From Ruditapes philippinarum (taxonomy: Eukaryota), in the NCBI RefSeq assembly GCF_026571515.1, contig NW_026858036.1, forward strand, positions 434,001 through 498,000: a stretch of DNA of 64,000 nucleotides, read 5' to 3'. A program made the position numbers and the translations under genes. The notes under the pieces were generated by a model. The model was not told the DNA's origin. It did no database searches and worked only from the letters and a program-made list of their open reading frames with translations. Positions 1 to 12,491 of the stretch are shown here, one piece after another (the first letter of the stretch is position 1; every line of letters starts with the position of its first letter).

Positions 1-903
1 GTATATATTTCATTTGTTTAAGATATATTAATGGCTTTAACTACATTTTAATGTTATGGTATTACTTAGCAATTGAGAACATCGCGGCGTGTAGTGTCCG
101 AATGGTTTTACGCCGATGTTTCTTTTCTTTTTTTACAGCAAATTAATGTTTTTTTCAGACGCCTTTCATTAAATCAATTTGCTTAGTTAATTATAGCGTT
201 TTAAAGGCAAATGCGTCTAAACACATATCCTTTTATGATCTGTTTAAATAAATAAACCACTAAAAATATTCTTAAATATATATTATTACTATTATATAAA
301 GAATATGTTTAAGTCGTAAACTCAAGCACGCACAAACTTTTAGTATTCGTCTTATTATGGTATTCGTCTTTTTATGGAAACACTTTGTCATTTTTGCACA
401 TCAAAACCTCGATATTTAGAAAATTAATCAAGAGACGTAAGTAGTTATATTATCATAAGGTATGATCTATAATATGATTAGAACTGTACTTTCCGTTAAT
501 TTCATTTCTTTAATTAAATATAACTAAGAGAAACGTAACTGTACGTGATATCAGCCACGCGACGAGAGGTTACAATTAAGTCCGATATCAAAAGGTGAAC
601 AGCTGCGTTACTTGACATTTCGATCTTACGCATGAAAAGATTGTACTAAATATAGATATATTTGCGTTCGTCGTATTCCGAAGCGAGAGTATATAAGTAC
701 TCGCGTTGCAATATATCGGCATATTCTCTCTAGCGAGTTCAAACAGTTCATACTTTACGTTCACTGAAAAGAGACTGTTATATAATTAAAAAGTTAAATT
801 AAATAGAACTTTCAAGTTCGGTGTTTATAATATCATACATTTCTTTTAATTATCATTGTAATTTTAGTTATTTTATCGGGATATAATACTATCGTTTATT
901 GAT

Positions 904-2999
904 ATGGGACATAAAATAGCGGCACATCTAGAACAGAGCGTTTGTGTTACAAAATCATCATGGTATGTAAGAATGCATTTGTTTTTATGTTGTTAAAAGT
1001 GGCTTTTACCAATGATGAAGTTTAAGTTAAAATCAAGTTTTAATCGAAAGTAATCATATTTATTTTGTTGTTTTATATCATTATTTTCTGAATGTTTTTT
1101 CCTTCCTCTTCGAGGAAATGATGCCGTATCCCTTTTTATTGCGTTTCTTTTAATCTACGATGAAGTTAAACAATATAATATTGTATGTTTTTGTCTTTTT
1201 TTCTATTTATTCATTCATTTTCTTTATTTATTATTTATTTGTTGGTTGTTTTTGTTTGTGTGTGCGTGTTTTTGTGTGCGTTTGTATGGTTATTTTTATG
1301 TTTTTGCTGTTTTGGTTTTTTGTTTATTTTTTAATTTAATTTAATTTTATCTCTTCATTTTTAATGATTTATTTGGTAGCTTTAAAATATGAATGTACCG
1401 CTATGAATGTTTCTAAATCAATATATTTTATGTTAACATATATCTTATAATTTCATATAGCTCGAAGTTTGGACGCTACTGTTCATTGCTATCGATTGTG
1501 GTACTAATAGCAGCCATCGTAACTGGGGCAACTAAATCATCAGCAAACAAGTCTTCACATATCGCATTTCTACATCTACTTTCATTTGCCGCACATTTCG
1601 GGGCACAATGCTGGGTCACATTTGTAGCAGGTAGTTTATTGTTATCTTTTATTTAACAAATAAAAACATTATAATTTATTTCTCGTCCATTATAAACCAA
1701 TTTAGAATTTTGAAACGTAAAGATTGATGTATATTTGAGCAACGGAAACATACGACAACGGAAGCATATGACAAACTCGCTTTTTAGCAGTTATTTAGTG
1801 TCGATATTTTTGTTTTGTTTTTGAAAATGTTTTATTAATACAACTAATATCAATTGCTTACAGATAATACACTTTATACTATCATTTTATATGTGTATTT
1901 TGTGCTCATTACTAACAGAAAGCAAATTGCATCGGTATCTCGTTATAAAAGGTTGTTTATGCTATCAGTAGTTTTTATGTTATTTTTCAATCTTTTATTC
2001 CAGGATTCGCGATGTTTTTCAGTCTACCAAGAATTATGTTCGGGCATTTACAGAGTAGAATGTTTCCTCTGTACTTCACAACAACCTTGATTCTTTCATG
2101 CATCACTCTGCTAACATTTGTTGTACGACATCCGTTTTCTACTTTATCGTCATCAGAATCGAAACAGGTAAACATTAGGAAAATCAATTGAAAATTGAAT
2201 AATTTCAGAGTCAATTTTTGACCATTGGCTTATTAACATTCTTAAAGAAGGCATTTTGCTTATATAGCTTAACGCAGACAAAGCATATAGATGGCATGTT
2301 TAGTGTTAACAATAGTTTAATTATATATAAAAATACTTATTGTAAATACGGCTTTATTAGAAATATCAAAAATTAGATAAATATGTTGATTAAAGAAAAG
2401 AACACTTGTAGTGACATTGCATTACATGACATACTGTAACGTAGTAATCTATGTGATGTTAATTTGTTTAGCACTCAAATGCGATCGGGATATTTTTTAA
2501 TATGTAAACAACAACGTTATATCAGCAATAAGGTTTCCTGACATCTGCTTTACATAAATATAATTTTTTGCTATATCTAAACATATTTTCTTCACATTAT
2601 ACCAAGCGGTATTCTTGTATTTTTAGAATTTCTTTTGCAGCTATATAAACATCTATGTGAATTGATAATCATCATTATAATTCTATGTTTCAGTTGCTGG
2701 GACTATGCATATGTGTAGTATCAACATTCGTCAACAGTTTTTACATTGCCCCAAGGATCGTTGAAGCCATGATAAGTGTTTTTGAAATAGAAAAATCTTC
2801 AGGTGTTGCCTATGTTGTCGGATATTGTGATAAAACAGAGCTGAAGAAAGATCCAAAGTACGCAAAACATTACAGAACATTTAGACTTTTTCATAGTGTT
2901 TCTGGTGTCGCTAATGTCATCACACTTATATGTAATATTGTGTATTTACATTATTTAGCAAGTTTATTTGTTAAGTTAGATAGTACGTGTTGCTTATGA
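904..2999 (+). CDS. TMEM205: Transmembrane protein 205-like (DUF4149), copy a; 4 coding exons, ~232 aa
   Basis: Exons 904-962, 1461-1630, 2004-2167, 2694-2999 with GT-AG boundaries and compatible phases (699 nt). Translation contains HLLSFAAHFGAQCWVTFVAG-FAMFFSLPRIMFGHLQSRMFPLYF and FRLFHSVSGVANVITLICN, matching the TMEM205 signature (GxQxWVTFVxG..LPRxxFGxxQSxxFPxYF..FxxxHxxS). Confidence 0.93.
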
Positions 3000-5900
3000 T
3001 CTTGTCGTATTATTATATGCCGCATGCAAGATATTGTGTTGCAAATGATCCTTAACGTCTAGTCTACAGGTCTGTTTGGCCTAATATTTATACTGATCTC
3101 AAAAATAATTTCATCGGTGTTAGCTAGGTGATTATCTAGCTCGTCAAAAGATGTTTGACTTGCTACCGAAAGGCATGCGTAAATTTGATGTGGCTATACA
3201 AATTTATTGAAAGTTGCCACAAAATAATTTTGATTAAGTAAACGCCATCCATGACATGTTTCCTATTAACAAATTACATGACAGAATCGAATTAAATATT
3301 TCATATTGAAATAAGTAATAAACGATGTAGAATCTTTCTTAAAAGAATTGAAGAGAAAACATATCAAAATGATACTTTAAAGAATAATAACGTTGTAGAA
3401 TAAATCTAGCTGAAGGTTTGTTAATTTTGCCGCTTGTTGTTATATTACTATTTTAAGATACTAGTTATACATTCATTTATTTTAAATCTGCTCATAGAAT
3501 GACATATACATTTGTACACCTTTATGCAATGTCTACCTTGTCGAAATATACGGATACGTCCATTGTTTGATATTTTATCTATGTAAGAATTGATAATGTT
3601 TTTATAATATATAAAATATATATTGTTTTCTACTTTGCTTTTTTATTATTATTTTAAAAAGATGATTGCCTTAAATTATAACAAACAACTAAATCTTATA
3701 ATCTCCATGACAAGTCCCAGGTGCCATTAAACTTAAATTACTCCCAGTTCAATTACAAGAATAAACAATATAATTGCAAAAGTTTGTTATCTTCAATTCA
3801 TGATCACATATTTGTTCTTATTAGTTAAATATTACTTTAGCATTTGTATCTTTATCATTTCGTTTTATAAGTGTTTTGTCGATCAATAATAATGATAAGT
3901 TGAAGACAAAAAAATGCTTATATGTCTCAATAAAGCATTTTATATTTATATGGCCACAATAATAAGTAAAACATGCCGTTTCAATTATAGCGAGTCAGCG
4001 TTTGTCATCCGTCTGACTTTAAAATAACTTTTCTCCGAAATTTTTCAACGCGTGATTTTTTCCGGATTGCAGCTGATGCAGACAGCAATAAATCACTGAA
4101 AGAATAAATCCTGCAATAAGCGGAAGATACGACCAGTGCAGTGGTGGAAACATGAATTCAATCAATGGTAGCATTATTTATATTGGCATTGTAATAAGGA
4201 ACAGTCGCGACTGACTTCCATTGAACATTAAGCATAAAGAATTGATTTCAATTTATTCAACTACTGCCGCCATTTCTTTGTTTGCCAATATTCTTTGCAA
4301 AGTTCCGATCCAAAATAATCTTACGATTATTATACAAGTAGCTCGTAACAGGAAAATGCTAACGCATCAAAAAATATCCCGCCGTGGCTTGGATTCAAGC
4401 TTTGTCCATCAGAATCGGATCGAAATAACACCGCCATAGACAGCTATTCCTAAGAATTTTTTCTCTCTTACAGTTGTCAGAGGTTGTACTAATAGTTATG
4501 AATATAGATGCGCACTCAATCATAACAACGCTAATACATACCAATTAGAATGTGCGAATCCCTGTTGAGCCTCTAGCGACAGCACAAAAACAACAATTAA
4601 CTAAAATATACAAAATAGATATCATTTCACGTAACAAAGATAACTTTGCAAACAAGTTTTTAAGGTCCAGTTATGAATGTACTACTCACGAAACGAATTT
4701 TTGTGACTTAAAATGAAACAGTGCTGAGACAACCGTTTAAGCATTCCCTTTTCTTGAGTTTGAATATACACAATTTTAATTAGTCACATAAATGATAAGA
4801 AATACCTCAGTTGAAGTATTCAAATACAACACGTACGTAAGGTGGATGGCAATGAAAAGGTAAAGGTAAAGGGTTAAATTATTTTTTCAGAACATGTGTT
4901 GGCTATATATAGGTAAATACATTTTAAAATAAGATATGATATAGACATTAAAAGATGCAATTATTATGTTGGGTTATGTCGTGTGAAGAAAGCAATAGAA
5001 GTTGTTCAGTCATAATGTCGAATTAATTTGACAGATCATTTGATTAATAACTTCATTTTCCATACATTTCACACAATGCTTTTAACGAAATCGCCTGTCT
5101 TCTGTTGTGTAATACATATCACGTACAGGTTGATGACATTTAAGTATAAATGGCCCGCTTGTTTCTTAAATAGATTAGGAAATAACTTATTATTTTTTAC
5201 TAATGTAAATTGAAGATCGGGGATAGTGAACGTGACAACATAATGAAAAAATAAATAAAAGGGAAGGTTTAAAATCTTGACGGCAAGCCAACAACATTTT
5301 ATGAATATTATAGAGAGAGACATTATGTGGTGCTTTTTTGTTAGTTGACAGGGACACATACAGCAACACTTTCAGTTGAGTGACACACTAGATTTTAACA
5401 GTCAACTAACCCAATAACAAAAGAAGTATAACAGCTGTTAGGTACTGTCGTTAAAAAGTGTGCAATTAAGTAGGTCAGTAAATTTATAAATCTTTGTGAA
5501 GTATAAATTAATATAACTTGTCAAATGAAATCGTATATTTTCGAGTTTAAATTGAGCATCATAAATTGTCTGAACTATAACTTACGTTCTTGTAAAGTGA
5601 ATGCAATAATATGTCAGCTGCAAATTAAACCATATTCCTTAAATGAACTTGATTGTTTAGTGCCAAGGGTAGTTCGACAACACGCAATTGCATTAAAGAA
5701 TTAAATCTAATTTGCATTACACATAGCACATAAACTGTTACGTTAACTATTTATAGAATTAATGTAAAACGGATTATTGTTCACAATAAAGTTATAGCTA
5801 TGTGATCTTCGTATATATAAATTAATGCGCATAAGTACATACATACTAAGGACGCACTCGTTTAAAGCAGTTCTAAATATGATTGTGATATCCAAATACA

Positions 5901-6729
5901 TTGTATAGGTTAATTTTGACAAAAAGATCATAAAAGGACGGATGGCAGCAATTTTCACATCCACGACGCAATGTTTAACAATTCCTACACACCACAACAA
6001 TTGAGATTGATTCAAAGTAGACGATGAATTAATTGCCACAGAGAATACGAGTATTATGATGTTTGTCTAAAAATGCTTACATTACAATCAGAATAATACA
6101 AAGTGATATGATTATTTTCTCACCTTAAATATGTATAAGCAATATAGTATTTTCATTTAAATTAAATTTCGTGAAATAGATTATTGTTAAAAATGTTACA
6201 ACATAATTTGTTTGTGACGAGCAAAAGAGCCTTTAGTTTTATTTTTCAGAACTACTGTTAATCCTTTGGAGTAATGAATAACACTTGCAACGAAATGGCA
6301 TGTTAATGTTTGCGTCATGTATTTGGACTGATCGTAATGGTACGATGGACAATTAACACATAGTCACGTTGGTGTATGTAAATTAATGATCACAATGAAC
6401 CAACTCAGACTATGATCTTATTATATTATCTTATTGTTTGATATATAGTTTAAAGACTTCATATTTCATAAAGTAAAAATTTAACAAAATGAAAATGTTA
6501 TTCAAGCACCAACGGAATTATTTAATGTAGCCAATTCATCACATTTCAAAGTAAACCGCGATCCTTTTTTATGACATATGGAAATTACATATTCACTATA
6601 TTCTTAATATGTGTCCATGTAAGCAGTTGTTTCAACAATTGTTTTTAACTTATTATACTTGAAACGGAATAAAAACGGATATATCAGTTTGGAAACACAA
6701 CAAAAAAGGATTTTAAGGTGACAGAAGGT

Positions 6730-9294
6730 ATGAAGCAGAAAATGGACAGTTCCCTGGTGAATGAAACATCTTATCTAATTGTAGACAAGGAACTTAGAGA
6801 TAATGGGTAAATGCATTATATTTAAAACAAATACAGATGAGCACTCTGCATGCAGAATTATATGAATTCATTTTCATTAAAAACTGATACTTAAAAGGAA
6901 TATGTATTAGTGTTAAAAAGATAACAAAAACGTAATTGCAATTTTTTTTTCTTTGTATGATATCTTAAGAGTTTACTAGGTTCTAGATAAACAAAAATGA
7001 GTGCCTGTAACATTTATATTTTTTATCAGAGTTCACCGAAATCCATCCAGAGAAAGGAAACTGTTTCTTTTGGTATCATGTATAATACAACAACTCATTT
7101 TTGCCGGCATAGGCTACGGACTGAGTGTAATGTATGCAGAACTTATCATAGTGTTTGAAGCAAAGAGATCTGAAACTGCCCTAATACAAAGTATATTCAT
7201 GGCTATAGCAACAGGCGGCGGTAAGGTTATATACATAAGTATAAACTATTGATTACGACAAAAACGGAACATCCGTTCATCCATCTATCTAAAAAAAAAC
7301 AGACACAATTTTTATTTTCTAGACTTATGCACATTTTCATCGTCTTTATGACATGCAATGAACACCGTACAACATAATTACTTCAAGATATGTATGTCGC
7401 GTGTAAATATACAGCCTCAACTTTCAAAGAGGATAAACTACAGTTGAGCATCATAGGTCTTACATTTAAAAAAGATTGTTTGCAATTTTTTTAATTAATT
7501 CTTTTTACTTCCTAACATTTTGTGTAGCCACATATTTCAGAACCATATCCAAAAATAAAGAAAAAAAACTTGTATAATGTTCACATATATTATTACATGT
7601 ATGATATAGCAAATTTATCTGCAATTACATTTTTCACGGACTCGGTGTGATGTAAGCCAAACCTGTATTTTACTTTCATAAAGCGCATAAATACAATGTC
7701 ATATGTTTTTTAAATTAATAAAATATTTTACAGGGATATTATTTACCGGAGTTATAACTAAAATAGGACCTGGAAATAGTATGATTATTGGTGGAACTGT
7801 TGGTTGTATCGGACTGTTTTTGAGTTCTTTCAGTAAGGGATTAACTGCAATAATTTTATGTACCGGTGTACTTTCTGGTAAGTAAAATGTTACTGATTCC
7901 GAAATCAAATGTGTTTAAAATATTATTGCACATTCTTAATTGTGATCTTAAGATGTAATTTTAGAACATAGATTCGGCATTAAAGGGATACTCAGGCAAA
8001 TTATTGACAAAATATGAAAATAATCTTATGTACTCAAATGACGCTAAAATGACATTTTTCAAAGTCCCAGCATGAATTTCTGTATAAATTCTTTATATTT
8101 TGCGTTTGAAGCGTAAATATATCTATACTTGTTGGACATAATTAAGACGCCGACAAAATCACCGCGTTGTATTAAAACAAGTCATGTAACTTGCACAAAA
8201 TCTGGGAGCTACAGTAACATATATTGTGGATATTGTATGATTGAAACAAGTCTAAATCACTCATTTGACATGTCCTTTAACGTTTCTAGAGTTCACTGTG
8301 ACAACTATTGTGAAATCTCAAAATCTAACCTGACCCGCGTGGGTCAGGTTAGGAAACCGCCATTTTATTCTTAATACGAAGAAAAGTTTTGTTCCTGTGA
8401 CTGCTTAGTGCATTTATTTTGAGGACATTTACAGAATAATGAATGAAAAATTCAAAACGAAGAAATAAAAATTTTGCCTCTTTCCATTTCAGAAAACAAT
8501 CAAAGTCTTTGACACGACTTAATTGAAGCATTTGTTCACATAATTACATGGTTTATTAAATTATTACATTTTGAGCTGCAAACGCACTACCACATTTCTA
8601 ACTGGCAAGCATTAAATATTTCTATCCAATGTAATTATGATTAAAAAAAACAAATGTAACTGAATATCAAAATGTTATGACGGTTGTATTAAAATAGATG
8701 TTTTTATCATATTGATTTCAAAGTGCAAATTAACTGCTATTTTAAAACGATATTTTCAGCTCTTGGGATGTGTATGTGTTACCTGGCTGCCTTTATAGCC
8801 GTAAGTCGGATGTTCCATGAAAATGCTGGACCCTATCTTGTTATACTCTCTCTCGGTTCAAGTATTGGACAGTTTGTAGTTCCTATGTTCTACGAAATGT
8901 TCATTGAGCAGTATACTTGGTCGGGAGCATTCATTCTGATGTCAGGAATAGCTTTACAAAATGTACCGTTCGGTGTTATTGTGCATTATTCTAAACGGTT
9001 TTATAAATCAAATGAAGAAACAGGGAAGTCTACAGTGGCAACTTTATGTGATTTTTCAGTTTTAAAAGATTGGCTTATGTGGGTTGTATATATTAATTTT
9101 CATTTGCTTGCATTAACAGGTAATTTCATCATTCATTATAAAATATATGATTGGTCGTTAAAAATATTTATAAGCTATCGACTAAAATGAATTCTCATAA
9201 TGTGTTATGTATAAATAACTAGCCCATCATGTGAAATATAACGAAACACACATTTGTATAAAAGTATTTTACTAAGTAACTGACAAACTAAATC

Positions 9295-9325
<31 letters not shown>

Positions 9326-12300
9326 TGCAAAATGTGCGTTTTGTGATTATTCGGATACTTTAATTAAAAATGTACGTATCATGATTTTCACGTGTTAGAT
9401 ACATTGTATTAAGAGAACGTAATTGACTAAATCATTTATCAATCTTTTTCAATATCAAAGCATTCCTGAAATCATATTGTTATATTATAGGTAATTTTGA
9501 GGCGTGGTTTCTTGTCGACTTTGCAATATCACGAGGCTTTAGCAGAGAATCAGGGTCACTGTTAATAACTGCACTTGGATTTGCAAATGTTGTGGGTCGG
9601 ATTTTTGGAGGTTTCGTTAGATTCAAATGCACGTACGTATCAACTTACATAAAGTATCTTATTTAGAATTATCTTTTGCCTTACGATTGTTTTAATAAAA
9701 ACATTGCTTTCAGTTATCAGTGCTTGCATCACTCATTTTTTCTTTGTACACCGTAGAAAGTCCTCAGATTTGACGTTTTTTTGTGTGGCAATGTGTCCGT
9801 TCTCATACGTTCGACGGTCGTCGTTATCTATAATCATTTAAACAACACCTTCGTGACAAATATGATTTTGATCAAACTTCGAGAGATTTTTTTTTTGTGT
9901 GTGTGATTATTGCATTTTCTAGTACCGCCACTGCACAGACGCAATTTTTCAATTTTGCCAGATATGACATTTTTTTCAAGGACTCTTTTTCTCTTTATTT
10001 TTGTTGCCACATCAAGTTGTTTGTGCCAAGTTGCACCCGCCTCCATTCAATCAGAGATGTTATTTTGAGGTTCATTAAACATCGTTTAGCAAGATATTGT
10101 ATTGTTTGTGAAACTCTTTCTACTTAGCATTTTCTTAGCATTGGTTGATAACCTGTTTTCATTTCTTGAAAAATGTATTTAAGCCCTTGGAATGTTCTAT
10201 TGGTTTCCTATGTATATTTTGTGTACATGTATTACATCATTAAGCCACCATGCGCCGCTTTTCTCCATTGAATTGTAATGTTGTGTCACATTGAAGACTA
10301 CATGTTAACCACCATATCAACACATCTGCAGATGTTTCTAAATTCAAAACATATCGAGATTTGTTAATTGTTGACCTCTGCTTTAGCTTGTGCTAGGAGG
10401 CCGCATGAACGGTATCTTGCACTTTCAAATACCTTTTATGAACCGTTTAGCCATAATGCCAAGCTCTGAATGTCAGTGTCTTTATATACAAGAATTAGTA
10501 AACTTGTCTGAAAATCGTCACTGAGCGTCTTTAAATCTTCCAATTCTTAGCTACAATGCTCATGACATAATTTGACATGCAATATCACCTTTTTATCCTC
10601 TACAAATTCATAAATAATGTCCTTAGACCAGACTTGACGTCATCCTGGGAGTCACTATGCAGATATAGACTTATATAGGTAAACATATTAATAATGGCGT
10701 TACTTTGTGAATCTTCATGTATAATGCCAAGAACTTAGATAAATGCATATAGTATCACCGTGTAGCGTCTACAAATGTTATTTTAAGCATGCCCCTGGGG
10801 GTATTGGTCCGACATTAATTTGTATAGATCTATATTGGACAACACATTTCCTTCTATTGAACGACACTATAATGCCAAGTACTGGAATTTTTCGCATGTT
10901 TCACTTCAAAATGGACACGTACAAATACTAAATTAACAACTTAGTATCAAGCCGTATCTACTATGGTACCCGTAATGTGTTCCGATTACTTCTGCACCAA
11001 AGGCTTCTGTCATTCTCTGGCAAAGTAGCGCAGGTGAGAATGAGGATATAAGAACGTCAAATTATTCACAAAATTAGAATTAGTAAAGATATGGATCGTA
11101 TTAACATTTTATGTTATTTTTCGCTTTGAACGAAAAAAAAGAAAGAAAGACAATTAAACAGATACAAATGTATATTTATCACGACTTAAATGAATGTGAC
11201 CCTATATCGCAACTGTTTCTTTTACCTTGATCCACGAAAAAAAGTTCATATATGTATTTCTTATAATATTTTCATACTTTAATTTAAGGAACATGCCGTC
11301 TCTGAACCACTGGATATATCTTAGCCCACTACTTGCTATCGGACATGTTCTAGTAGTTAATGTAAATGACTATTGGGGACTATTTGCTGTTTGTATACTG
11401 TATGGCTTTCCATTTGGTGCAATGGCGGCACAACCTGCAGCGATTATGCTCGAGGTTACCAGTTTAAAAAAGTACCCACAAGCAATGGCCATAGCAAATC
11501 TCTCGTTTGGTCTTGCTAATTTAATCAGTGGGCAGCTTGGAGGTATATCATTAGAACAAAAATATATTTAACATAAGTATGCGATGTTATCAATACATAC
11601 ATATTACAAATGTAATCTGGTTTAAAGCTGCATGCCTCCAGATGGACCAAAAATACGAAAAAAGGAAAAAAAGAAGAAAACCAAACTTTTCAAAGTTTCA
11701 AACTTTCCAAACCAAATGAAAACCAAACTTACAAATGTAGATTTTTAATCTTTTGATTCAAGAGTCATGTAATATTTTAATGTTCTGTGTGAGAAATGAC
11801 TGATTTAAAAAATGCTGTTTTAAATGTGTAAATCACTTTCTATGTTCATTTCACAATATGTTATTTCAAAATACAGTTTCAATTTTGTCATGAAAATTTG
11901 CATAAGTCAATCTGCAGGAAGGCCGCTTTAAAACGTAATTAGTCTAGAAAGTATAATGCATCTGTATAAATGAGTATTCAATAACCAATTTTGAATATAA
12001 AAGATGAGAACGAACGAAAGACGAGTCTACTTCTACTTTAGCAAAATATATGTTCTTTATATGTTTCTAACAGACGATAAACATATTTGAAATAATTTCC
12101 TTTACATTAGAAAATGATAATAATTATAATGGTCTCATATTTGTAGCTGATTTTAAATTATGGAATTTCAAAGTACATTTAACACTTTTTTATGTTTTTA
12201 CAAATTATCTACCTTCATTTAATAAAAGATATTTTTGTTTTTGATAATCTATGCAACATGCAATATGAAAGATGTCATTATGTTTTAACACGTTAAATGT

Positions 12301-12491
12301 TTTGTAATAATTCAGGATATATAAAAGATACACTAGGGGATTACGTTCTTGCTTTCTACATAGCAGCAGGGGTGAGTATATACATAAGTCTGACTACAGG
12401 GGTTGTTGCGCTTGTCATTAAGAAAAGAAAGGAGCGGCATAGACGTATGATGCATGGTCAAACAAATGTCCCATACGAGAAGCTGAAATGA
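6730..12491 (+). CDS. Divergent monocarboxylate transporter (SLC16/MFS) family protein, copy a; 7 coding exons, ~447 aa
   Basis: Exons 6730-6806, 7030-7220, 7734-7877, 8760-9119, 9491-9632, 11289-11542, 12316-12491 splice in frame (1344 nt). About 12 hydrophobic segments with SLC16-like motifs: GLSVMYAELIIVFEAKRSETALIQS, IILCTGVLSALG, IEQYTWSGAFILMSGIALQ, GFANVVGRIFGG, GGYIKDTLGDYVLAFYIAAG. First exon is the least certain. Confidence 0.88.
11622..11931. mobile_element. MITE with TTAA ends (Kolobok-like)
   Basis: TTAA-AGCTGCATGCCTCCAGAT ... ATCTGCAGGAAGGCCGCT-TTAA imperfect TIRs; a similar left end occurs at ~58908. Confidence 0.55.

Noticed and set aside
2982-2999. C-terminal STCCL of TMEM205a as a prenylation signal
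   Set aside because: Cys is not at the CaaX -4 position and the motif is absent from copy b.
4000-4480. Possible LINE endonuclease remnant / ORF 4221-4439
   Set aside because: A single YGGV-like motif on the minus strand only; ORF has no recognisable similarity.
10420-11030. Possible decayed reverse transcriptase on minus strand
   Set aside because: Only vague motif echoes (TEAFG, PPGA, EDLKTLSD) in different frames; insufficient without an alignment.
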